A DNA stretch of 32,000 bases from Ktedonobacterales bacterium (GTDB lineage: Bacteria > Chloroflexota > Ktedonobacteria > Ktedonobacterales > JADMIN01), in NCBI GenBank assembly GCA_030167145.1, contig CP126532.1, positions 3,870,001-3,902,000 on the forward strand. The letters run 5' to 3'. Positions 1-7,254 of this stretch are shown in pieces. Position numbers and translations under genes: made by a program. Numbering within the stretch: position 1 is the first letter of the stretch; every line of letters starts with the position of its first letter. The notes beneath the pieces were generated by a model. That model made no database searches, had not been told where the DNA came from, and saw only the letters and a list, made by a program, of their open reading frames with translations.

Positions 1-2060
1 ATTATCGGGATGAACTGCTGCGCTGCGGCGGGCACATCTTCGCTGGACTGGCGCGCAAACAACTGCTGGCGCTGCTGCAACGCCGCTGCGCTGAACTGGG
101 CGTCAGCATGCGCTTCAATACCGAGGTTGCCGATGTCGCGGCGCTCGATGGCGGCTACGACCTGCTGATCGCCGCCGACGGCGTGAATAGCCTGGTCCGC
201 AAGACGTTCGCCGATATCTTTAAGCCGAGCCTCGTGCCTGGTAAGGCGCGCTACATCTGGCTCGGCATGGAGAAGGTGCTCGACGCTTTCACCTTCATCT
301 TTCGCGAGAATGAGCATGGTCTCTTTCAGGTGCATTCCTATCCGTTCGACGGCACGACCAGCACCTTCATCGTGGAGTGCGATGAGACGACATGGCGGCG
401 CGCGGGATTGGACGCCGCCAGTGAGGACGAGAGCATCACATACTGCGAGCGCCTCTTTGCGCCGGAGCTAGCTGGGCGGCGGCTATTGCCGAATAACTCG
501 AAGTGGATCAACTTCGTCACGGTGAAGAACGCGACGTGGCGGCATGGCAACATCGTGCTGCTGGGCGACGCCGCGCACACCGCGCACTTCTCCATCGGCT
601 CCGGCACCAAACTGGCGATGGAAGACGCTATCGCGCTGGCGAACGCGCTGGATACGCACCCCGACCTGGATACCGCGTTGGGCGAATATGAAGCGGAGCG
701 ACGGCCGGTGGTGGAGCTTTTCCAGGCGGCGGCGGCTGAAAGCCAGAGCTACTTCGAGAACGTCAAACGCTACACGCGACTGACTCCGGTTGAGTTCACC
801 TTCAACCTGCTGACGCGCAGCAGGCGCATCACCTATGACGACCTGCGGCTGCGCGACCCGCGCTTCGGCAATATCGTGGATCGTGAGTTCGAGCGACGCT
901 ATTGGGCGGGGCAGGGGCGCAGTATCTTCACGCTGATCGCACCGCCGCCGATGTTCGCGCCGCTGACGCTGCGCGGGCTGCGGGTGGCGAATCGCGCCGT
1001 CTTCACGCCGGCTACGACGGGCCAGGCGGTGAGTGGCGTGCCCTGCACCGGCGACGCGCTGGAGCTGGCGCGGCTGGCCCAGGACGGCGCGGGCATGGTG
1101 CTAACCGAGCCAGTGGCCGTCGCCACTGAAGGGCGCATCACCTCCGATAGCGCCTGTTTGCACGAGGATGAGCATCTGCGCGCGTGGACGCGCATCATTC
1201 AGGCGATTCATACGCAATCGCCCGCCAAGGTCGCTATGCCGCTCAACCACGCGGGATGGCGCGGCGCGACACGTCCGCGCGGCATGGGACTCGACCGTCC
1301 GCTACGCGACGGCGCGTGGCCGCTCGTCTCCGCCTCTGCGCTGCCCTATACTGAGCGTAGCCAGACGCCACGTGCGCTCGACCGCGCTGGAATGGAGGGA
1401 ATGCGCGACGTCTTCGCGCATTCGGCGCATCTCGCGGATGCGGCGGGCGTGGACCTGCTAATCCTGCACATGGGGCACGGCTATCTGCTGTCGAGCTTCC
1501 TCTCACCGCTGACGAATCGTCGCGATGACGAGTATGGCGGCACGCTGGAGCAGCGCATGCGCTTCCCGCTGGAGGTCTTCGACGCGGTACGCGCGGCGTG
1601 GCCGCATGAGAAGCCGCTGGCCGTCGCGCTCAACGTCACCGATAGCGTGCGCGGCGGCTTTGGGCCGGACGACGCGGCAACCGTTGCGCGGACGCTCAAA
1701 GAGCATGGCTGCGATCTGCTGGTGGCGCTGGCGGGGTATGTTGTGCCGCAGACGGAGATGCCCTACCGGCGCGGCTTCCTAACACCGCTGAGCGAGCGCA
1801 TCCGCAATGATTCCGGCCTGCCCACGCTGGTCGGCGGCTACCTGACCACGGCGGACGAGGTGAACACGCTGCTGGCGGGTGGCCGCGCCGACCTCTGCCT
1901 GATGCTGCCGCCGCAGGAGACGCGCACGCGCAGCCGTAGCGCGCCGACAGTGGCGACAGACGCACGAGAAGCGCGCGCAACGGCAGATGTCCGTGAGGAA
2001 AGTATGCCGGAGGCTGGTACGCCCGCACGCGAGGTGCGCCGGGTGGAGAAGAAGGAGTAG
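1..2060 (+). CDS. Bifunctional FAD-dependent aromatic acyl-CoA monooxygenase fused to an Old-Yellow-Enzyme-like flavin reductase (2-aminobenzoyl-CoA monooxygenase/reductase or salicylyl-CoA 5-hydroxylase family); 5' partial
   Basis: The frame is open from nt 3: YRDELLRCGGHIFAGLARKQLLALLQRRCAELGV precedes the first listed Met at 108, so the CDS runs off the left edge. The N-terminal part has FAD-monooxygenase motifs (DLLIAADGVNSLVR; LLGDAAHTAHFSIGSGTKLAMEDA). The C-terminal part is OYE/TIM-barrel-like (HMGHGYLLSSFLSPLTNRRDDEYGG). Stop is TAG at 2058-2060. The tail is low-complexity and rich in R, E and A. Confidence 0.8.
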   Translation, partial: YRDELLRCGGHIFAGLARKQLLALLQRRCAELGVSMRFNTEVADVAALDGGYDLLIAADGVNSLVRKTFADIFKPSLVPGKARYIWLGMEKVLDAFTFIFRENEHGLFQVHSYPFDGTTSTFIVECDETTWRRAGLDAASEDESITYCERLFAPELAGRRLLPNNSKWINFVTVKNATWRHGNIVLLGDAAHTAHFSIGSGTKLAMEDAIALANALDTHPDLDTALGEYEAERRPVVELFQAAAAESQSYFENVKRYTRLTPVEFTFNLLTRSRRITYDDLRLRDPRFGNIVDREFERRYWAGQGRSIFTLIAPPPMFAPLTLRGLRVANRAVFTPATTGQAVSGVPCTGDALELARLAQDGAGMVLTEPVAVATEGRITSDSACLHEDEHLRAWTRIIQAIHTQSPAKVAMPLNHAGWRGATRPRGMGLDRPLRDGAWPLVSASALPYTERSQTPRALDRAGMEGMRDVFAHSAHLADAAGVDLLILHMGHGYLLSSFLSPLTNRRDDEYGGTLEQRMRFPLEVFDAVRAAWPHEKPLAVALNVTDSVRGGFGPDDAATVARTLKEHGCDLLVALAGYVVPQTEMPYRRGFLTPLSERIRNDSGLPTLVGGYLTTADEVNTLLAGGRADLCLMLPPQETRTRSRSAPTVATDAREARATADVREESMPEAGTPAREVRRVEKKE

Positions 2061-2067
2061 CGCGAGC

Positions 2068-2859
2068 ATGAGCGATGATCTCTCGCTGCGCGGCAAGCGC
2101 GCCGTGGTGACGGGCGCGAGCCGTGGCATTGGCCGCGCTATCGCGCTGGCGCTGGCTGAGGCGGGCGCGGATGTCGCCGTCAGCGCGCGCACCAAGAGCG
2201 AACTGGACGAACTGGCCGAGATGATACACGCGATGGGTCGGCGCGCTATCGCCGTCGCCTGCGATGTGACGGATCCGCAGCAGGTCGCGGTCCATCTCGC
2301 GGGCGGCGTGTTGGGCGAGTTCGGCGGCATAGATATTCTGGTGAACAACGCGGGGGCGTCGGGTAGCGCCAAGTTCGTTGGGCATCCCGATGAGCTATGG
2401 CACCGCATGCTGGCGATGAACATGACCAGCGTCTACTACGTCAGCAAGGCGTTCGCGCCTGCGATGATCGCGCAGCGTTCCGGGCGGATCATCACCATTG
2501 CCTCGATTGCCGCGCGGGTGGGCGCGAAGTATATCGCCGCCTACACCGCCGCCAAGCATGGCGCGCTGGGGCTGGTGCGCGCGCTGGCTGTCGAACTGCT
2601 GCCCTATAACATCACCGTCAACGCGATTTGCCCCGGCTATGTGGATACGCCGATGACGCAGGCGAACATCGCCAACATGGTGCAGCGCACCGGCATGAGC
2701 GAGCAGCAGGCGCGCGAATCGTTGGAGCGGATGAGTCCACAGCAGCGGCTGATTACGCCGGAGGAGGTGGCGCGGGTCGCCGTCTTCCTGGCGCAAGACG
2801 CCGCTGCCAGCATCACCGGCCAGGCGATCAACGTGGACGGCGGCGCGATCATGTCGTGA
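2068..2859 (+). CDS. Short-chain dehydrogenase/reductase (3-hydroxyacyl-CoA / 3-oxoacyl reductase-like)
   Basis: ATG at 2068 lies 8 nt after the upstream stop, with GAAGGAG at 2051-2057. Contains TGASRGIGRAIA (the TGxxxGxG cofactor motif) and the catalytic YTAAKHG (YxxxK). The listed ORF start at 1987 would overlap the upstream gene and has no RBS. Confidence 0.85.
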   Translation: MSDDLSLRGKRAVVTGASRGIGRAIALALAEAGADVAVSARTKSELDELAEMIHAMGRRAIAVACDVTDPQQVAVHLAGGVLGEFGGIDILVNNAGASGSAKFVGHPDELWHRMLAMNMTSVYYVSKAFAPAMIAQRSGRIITIASIAARVGAKYIAAYTAAKHGALGLVRALAVELLPYNITVNAICPGYVDTPMTQANIANMVQRTGMSEQQARESLERMSPQQRLITPEEVARVAVFLAQDAAASITGQAINVDGGAIMS

Positions 2860-2908
2860 GCGCCCGCTCTTACCCATGCGGGAGACGAGGAATATTCAGG
2901 AGTCTTCG

Positions 2909-3700
2909 ATGGCATACGACTTTGATTTCGTGGTGGACGACGGCGTCGCCACGCTGACGCTGAACCGCCCGGAGGTGATGAACGCGCTCACATTCGATGT
3001 GTACGCGCAGCTACGTGACCTGTTTGCGGACATGCGCCACGACGAGAGTGTGCGCGCCGTCATCCTCACTGGCGCGGGTGACAACTTCTGTTCCGGCGGC
3101 GACGTGCAGGAAATCATCGGCGAACTCTTGAAGCGTGACATGAAGGGCCACATCGAATTCACGCGCTTGACCGGCGCGGTGGTGCAGAACATGCGCCTGC
3201 TCGACAAGCCGATCATCGCCGCGCTGAACGGCATGGTCGCGGGCGCTGGCTCGGTGCTGGCGCTCGCCTCGGACCTGCGTATCGCCTCGGAGCGGACGCG
3301 CTTCGCGTTCCTCTTCACCAAGGTCGGCCTGACCGGTGCGGATATGGGCGCGGGCTATTTGCTGCCGCGCATCGTCGGGCTGGGTCGCGCCTTCGAGCTA
3401 TTGTTGCTTGGCGATACGATAGACGCGCCCACTGCCGAACGCTACGGCCTGGTCAACCGCGTCGTGCCGCACGACGACCTGATGGGGACTGCGCGAACCT
3501 GGGCGCGGCGCATCGCGGATGGCCCCACGCTGGCGCTTTCGATGACCAAGCGCATGATTACCAACGAACTGGGCATGGATCTCGTTTCCGCCATCGAAGC
3601 GGAGGCGCAGGCGCAGGCGCTGCTGCTGATGGGCGAAGATCACCGCGCCTTCTACGAGGCGTTTACGGCGAAGCAGAAGCCGAAATGGACGGGACGGTAG
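2909..3700 (+). CDS. Enoyl-CoA hydratase/isomerase (crotonase) family protein
   Basis: ATG at 2909 is preceded by CAGGAG. Crotonase motifs are present: LTLNRPEVMNAL, FCSGGDV and ALNGMVAGAGSVLALASDLRIA. Confidence 0.85.
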   Translation: MAYDFDFVVDDGVATLTLNRPEVMNALTFDVYAQLRDLFADMRHDESVRAVILTGAGDNFCSGGDVQEIIGELLKRDMKGHIEFTRLTGAVVQNMRLLDKPIIAALNGMVAGAGSVLALASDLRIASERTRFAFLFTKVGLTGADMGAGYLLPRIVGLGRAFELLLLGDTIDAPTAERYGLVNRVVPHDDLMGTARTWARRIADGPTLALSMTKRMITNELGMDLVSAIEAEAQAQALLLMGEDHRAFYEAFTAKQKPKWTGR

Positions 3701-3703
3701 CGT

Positions 3704-4141
3704 ATGACAAGGCAGATCATCACGCCGCCACAGCTACCCAAGCCGCGCGGCTTCAATCATGGCATTCTGGTGACGGGCGGCAAGCTGCTGTTCCTCGCCG
3801 GGCAGGATGCCAGCGACGCGAAGGGGCGGATCGTCGCGCCGGGTGATGTGGTGGCGCAGCTTGAGCAGGTGCTGAGCAATCTCCGGGCGGTGGTGCGCGC
3901 GGCGGGCGGCGAGATGCGCGACATCGTCAAGCTGAACATCTTCGTGCGCGACCGCGATGATTACGTGGCGAAGCACAAGCCGCTCGGCGTGGTCTTTCGC
4001 GCGTACTTCGGCGACTACTATCCGGCGCTGGCGCTCTTCGAGGTCACGGGCTTCTTCCAGAAGGACGCGCTGATCGAACTGGAAGGCATGGCGGCGCTGG
4101 GCGCGGACGCGGAAGCAGAGGAGGCTACGGGTGGACTTTGA
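3704..4141 (+). CDS. RidA/YjgF/L-PSP family enamine-imine deaminase-like protein
   Basis: ATG lies 3 nt after the crotonase stop. Size and sequence fit the family (GFNHGILVTGGKLLFLAGQ ... KLNIFV ... PALALFEV ... LIELEGMA), with a short acidic C-terminal extension. Confidence 0.8.
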   Translation: MTRQIITPPQLPKPRGFNHGILVTGGKLLFLAGQDASDAKGRIVAPGDVVAQLEQVLSNLRAVVRAAGGEMRDIVKLNIFVRDRDDYVAKHKPLGVVFRAYFGDYYPALALFEVTGFFQKDALIELEGMAALGADAEAEEATGGL

Positions 4142-5285
4142 GTTGACGCCCGAACAGCGGCGCATCCAAACGCTGGCCCGCGAGTTCGCCGAGAACGAGG
4201 TCGCGCCGCTGGCACGCGAGGCCGACGCGACGCGCACCTTCCCGATGGCGCTGGTGCCGCGCATGGCCGCGCTGGGGCTGCTGGGCGGGTCCGTCGCGGA
4301 GGAGTATGGCGGCACAGGAATGGACGCGATCAGCTTCGCGCTGGTCTGCGAAGAACTGGGGCGGGCCGATTCGTCGGTGCGCGGCTTCCTGACAGTGCAT
4401 GCGGGGTTAGTGGCAAGTTGCATACAGCGATGGGGCAGCGACGAGCAGAAGCGGCGCTATCTGCCCCGGCTCGCCAGCGGCGAGTTCATCGGCTGCTACT
4501 GCCTGACTGAGCCGGAGGCTGGCTCCGACGCCGCCAGCATCACCACCAGCGCCCGCGAAGACGGCGACGGCTACGTGCTCAACGGCGAGAAGATTTGGAT
4601 CACCAACGGCAATATCGCCAGCGTGGCTATCGTTCTCGCCCAGGCCAATCCCGAAGCGCGGCACAAGGGCATCTGCGCCTTCCTTATCGAGGCGGATACG
4701 CCTGGCTTCTTGCGCGAGAAGATGCCCGGCCTGGAGCTTGGTCACCGCGCCTCGGACCACGCGCACATCACCTTCGCGGATTGCCGCGTGCCGAAAGCGG
4801 CGCTGCTTGGCGCGGCGGGCGAGGGCTTCACGGTGGCGATGTCCGCGCTGGACCGTGGACGGCTGGGCGTGGCGGCAGGCGCGGTGGGCGTGGGGCAGGC
4901 GTGCCTGGATGCATGTGTCGCCTTCGCGCGGGCGCGGCGGCAATTCGGCCAGCGCATCGGCGACTTCCAGATGGTGCAGGCGACGTTGGCGGAGATGGCG
5001 GCGGAGATCGAAGCGGCACGGCTGCTGGTCTACCGCGCGGCGTGGCTGCAAGACCAGGGGCAGCCCGCCACCCGCGCGGCATCTATTGCCAAGCTCTACG
5101 CTACCGACGCCGCCGCCCGTGCCGCCTCGGAGGCGGTCTCGCTGCACGGCAATCGCGGCTACTCGAATGAGTATCCCGTCGAACGCTTTTACCGCGACAT
5201 CAAGGGGCTGCAAATCTACGAGGGGAGCACCAATATCCAGCGCATCATCATTGCCCGCGATCTGCTGGGTCGCGAGCAGAAATGA
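4131..5285 (+). CDS. Acyl-CoA dehydrogenase
   Basis: GTG start overlaps the RidA end by 11 nt. ACAD motifs are present: CLTEPEAGSD, FGQRIGDFQ and YEGSTNIQRIIIAR. Confidence 0.9.
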   Translation: MDFELTPEQRRIQTLAREFAENEVAPLAREADATRTFPMALVPRMAALGLLGGSVAEEYGGTGMDAISFALVCEELGRADSSVRGFLTVHAGLVASCIQRWGSDEQKRRYLPRLASGEFIGCYCLTEPEAGSDAASITTSAREDGDGYVLNGEKIWITNGNIASVAIVLAQANPEARHKGICAFLIEADTPGFLREKMPGLELGHRASDHAHITFADCRVPKAALLGAAGEGFTVAMSALDRGRLGVAAGAVGVGQACLDACVAFARARRQFGQRIGDFQMVQATLAEMAAEIEAARLLVYRAAWLQDQGQPATRAASIAKLYATDAAARAASEAVSLHGNRGYSNEYPVERFYRDIKGLQIYEGSTNIQRIIIARDLLGREQK

Positions 5286-5341
5286 CCGCCAGCCAGTCGC
5301 GCATCCGCGCCTGCGGACTTCGCGGCCAGTGGCATGTAATC

Positions 5342-5364
5342 GTAGGGGCGTCCGGCGGACGCCC
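5342..5364 (-). repeat. REP-like hairpin element, copy A (consensus GGGCGTCCGCCGGACGCCCCTAC on the - strand)
   Basis: The + strand reads GTAGGGGCGTCCGGCGGACGCCC. It has an 8-bp stem (GGGCGTCC/GGACGCCC), a 3-nt loop and a CTAC tail. It is intergenic, between the ACAD and ligase genes. Confidence 0.85.
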
Positions 5365-5388
5365 GGCAATTCAGGAGGGTGACGTAGC

Positions 5389-6735
5389 ATGGCCTACTCC
5401 GCGTACTGGAATCCCAAAGCCGAAACCCTACCCAGGGAGCAGTTGCACGCGCTGCAACTGACGAAGCTCCAGCGCATGTGCGACTGGGCGTACACCAATA
5501 GCGCATTCCACCGCCGCCGCTTCGACGCCGCTGGCTTCAATCCGGAGCAGCTTCAGACGCTGGACGACCTGCGGCGCATGCCGATGATGACGCGCGAGGA
5601 GTGGATGGAATCGCTGGTGGCGCAGCCGCTCTTCGGCGATCTGCCCACCACTGACCACGCCAACGCTATCCGCTACCACCTGACCTCTGGTACCAGCGGG
5701 CGCACGCCGATTCGCGTGCTAGACGGCATGAAAGACTGGGAGTGGATCGCGGAGATGTGGTGCTACGGCTTCTGGGGGTTCGGTGTCCGGCCAGAAGATA
5801 CGGTCTATTTCGCCTTCGGCTATGGCTCGTTCATCGGCTTCTGGGGCGCGCACTACTGTTGCGAGAAGATCGGCGCGCTGGTCGTCCCTGGCGGCGCGCA
5901 GACCACGGAGCAGCGGGTCAAGCAGATTGTCGAGCTAGGCGTCACCACGGTCTGCTCGACCCCCACGTATGCGCTGCGGCTATGGCAGCAGGCGACGGAG
6001 ATGGGAATTGACCTGGCCAACGATAGCAAGGTCAACAAGGTGATTCTCTCTGGTGAGCCAGCCGGTTCGATTCCGGCGGTGAAGCGGCAGCTCGAACAGG
6101 CCTGGGGCGCGAAGGTCGGCGATACGGCGGGGATGACCGAGCTTGGCACGATCATGATCTTCGAGTGTTCGCACCAGCCCGGCGGCACGCATATCATTGA
6201 GGACCATTACATCGAAGAGGTCATCAACCCCGAAACCGGCGAGCCGGTCCCCTACGGCGAGATGGGCGAGCGCGTCGTCACCTCGTTCGGGCGCGGCTTT
6301 ATCCCGGTGCTGCGCTATCGCACCAAAGACCTGGTGCTGAAGGTGCCGCACATCACCTGTGACTGCGGGCGCACCGGCGACATCTACCAAGGCGGCATCC
6401 GTGGGCGCGTGGACGATATGAAGCTGATTCGCGGCACCAACGTGTATCCGCGCGCAGTTGAGGCGATTGTGCGCGAGCACGACGCGATTGACGAGTTCCA
6501 GATCTACGTCTGGCGGCGTGACGAGATCCGCGACGAGATCACCATCAAGATGGAACTCAAGCCGGGGCACGAAGATGCATGGCCCGCGCTCGGCGAGGAG
6601 ATTGCCAAAGAACTGGCCGCCGCGCACGAGGGGCTGCACTTCCTGATCGAGTTGATGCCCGCTGGCAGTCTGCCGCGCTTCGAGTTGAAGGCCAAGCGGC
6701 TGGTGGATGACCGACCCGTCGCGATCTATTCGTGA
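5389..6735 (+). CDS. Phenylacetate-CoA ligase (PaaK) / F390-synthetase family aryl-acid CoA ligase
   Basis: AGGAGGG lies upstream of the ATG. The N-terminus is typical of PaaK-like enzymes (AYWNPKAETLPREQLHALQLTKLQRM...FHRRRFDAAGFNPEQLQTLDDLRRMPMMTREEW). The LTSGTSGRTP adenylation loop is present. Confidence 0.85.
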   Translation: MAYSAYWNPKAETLPREQLHALQLTKLQRMCDWAYTNSAFHRRRFDAAGFNPEQLQTLDDLRRMPMMTREEWMESLVAQPLFGDLPTTDHANAIRYHLTSGTSGRTPIRVLDGMKDWEWIAEMWCYGFWGFGVRPEDTVYFAFGYGSFIGFWGAHYCCEKIGALVVPGGAQTTEQRVKQIVELGVTTVCSTPTYALRLWQQATEMGIDLANDSKVNKVILSGEPAGSIPAVKRQLEQAWGAKVGDTAGMTELGTIMIFECSHQPGGTHIIEDHYIEEVINPETGEPVPYGEMGERVVTSFGRGFIPVLRYRTKDLVLKVPHITCDCGRTGDIYQGGIRGRVDDMKLIRGTNVYPRAVEAIVREHDAIDEFQIYVWRRDEIRDEITIKMELKPGHEDAWPALGEEIAKELAAAHEGLHFLIELMPAGSLPRFELKAKRLVDDRPVAIYS

Positions 6736-6748
6736 TTTAGGGGCGCGC

Positions 6749-6771
6749 GGGCGTCCACCGGACGCCCCTAC
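6749..6771 (+). repeat. REP-like hairpin element, copy B
   Basis: GGGCGTCCACCGGACGCCCCTAC, located 14 nt after the ligase stop. Same stem as the consensus, with loop ACC. Confidence 0.85.
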
Positions 6772-6780
6772 GACATGCAC

Positions 6781-6803
6781 GGGCAGACAGGAATGTCCGC
6801 CCC
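6781..6803 (+). repeat. Second hairpin repeat family (GGGCAGACAGGAATGTC core), copy 1
   Basis: GGGCAGACAGGAATGTCCGCCCC. The 17-nt core is identical to 11725-11741. It forms an imperfect GACA/TGTC hairpin with a GGAA loop. Confidence 0.7.
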
Positions 6804-6825
6804 ACCAGTGAGGGGTGAAAGTCGG

Positions 6826-6860
6826 ATGCCCTATGCCCTATGCCCTATGCCCTATGCCCC
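6826..6860. repeat. Heptanucleotide microsatellite: four copies of ATGCCCT plus one ATGCCCC
   Basis: Read directly: ATGCCCT ATGCCCT ATGCCCT ATGCCCT ATGCCCC. It is intergenic, about 125 nt upstream of the small ORF at 6986. Confidence 0.95.
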
Positions 6861-6985
6861 TATTCACAGGAGGCGCAATCATGGCGTTCTTGCTGCGCCT
6901 GCCATTTCGCCGCAAGCGGCAGGCCGTTTCGCAACTGGCCGTAACATCGGATACACTATCCACTGACCCCGGAGGAGCGATACCC

Positions 6986-7201
6986 ATGGCTGATACCGCG
7001 ACCACTGATTTGCTGGGAACCGCACTGACTGAGCGCGAGCGCGAGCTGCTCAGCGCGTACCAATCGCTGAAGGCGCTGGCCGCGAGCGATGACCTGCCGC
7101 CCTGCGCCGCGCGCAATGTACGGAAGGCGCTGGCGGCGATGTGGCAGGTCACAAACGATCTGGGGCTGCAATTCGAGCAACTCTACGACCTGGGAGTCTG
7201 A
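6986..7201 (+). CDS. Small hypothetical protein (71 aa), helical, precedes the PRiA4_ORF3 gene
   Basis: GGAGGAG at 6971-6977 lies 8 nt before the ATG at 6986. The longer listed ORF (start 6815) would read through the microsatellite and the REP region and has no RBS. GC3-rich codon usage resembles the neighbouring genes. Confidence 0.5.
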   Translation: MADTATTDLLGTALTERERELLSAYQSLKALAASDDLPPCAARNVRKALAAMWQVTNDLGLQFEQLYDLGV

Positions 7202-7254
7202 TCGGCGCTTGCGTCCGGCTGCTGGGCGTCGCGCGGGCGAAGAGGAGGCCAACT

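Noticed and set aside
6815-7201. The long version (128 aa) of the small ORF, starting at 6815
   Set aside because: It would translate the ATGCCCT microsatellite, giving the PMPYALCPMP repeat. It also has no SD, whereas the internal ATG at 6986 has GGAGGAG upstream.
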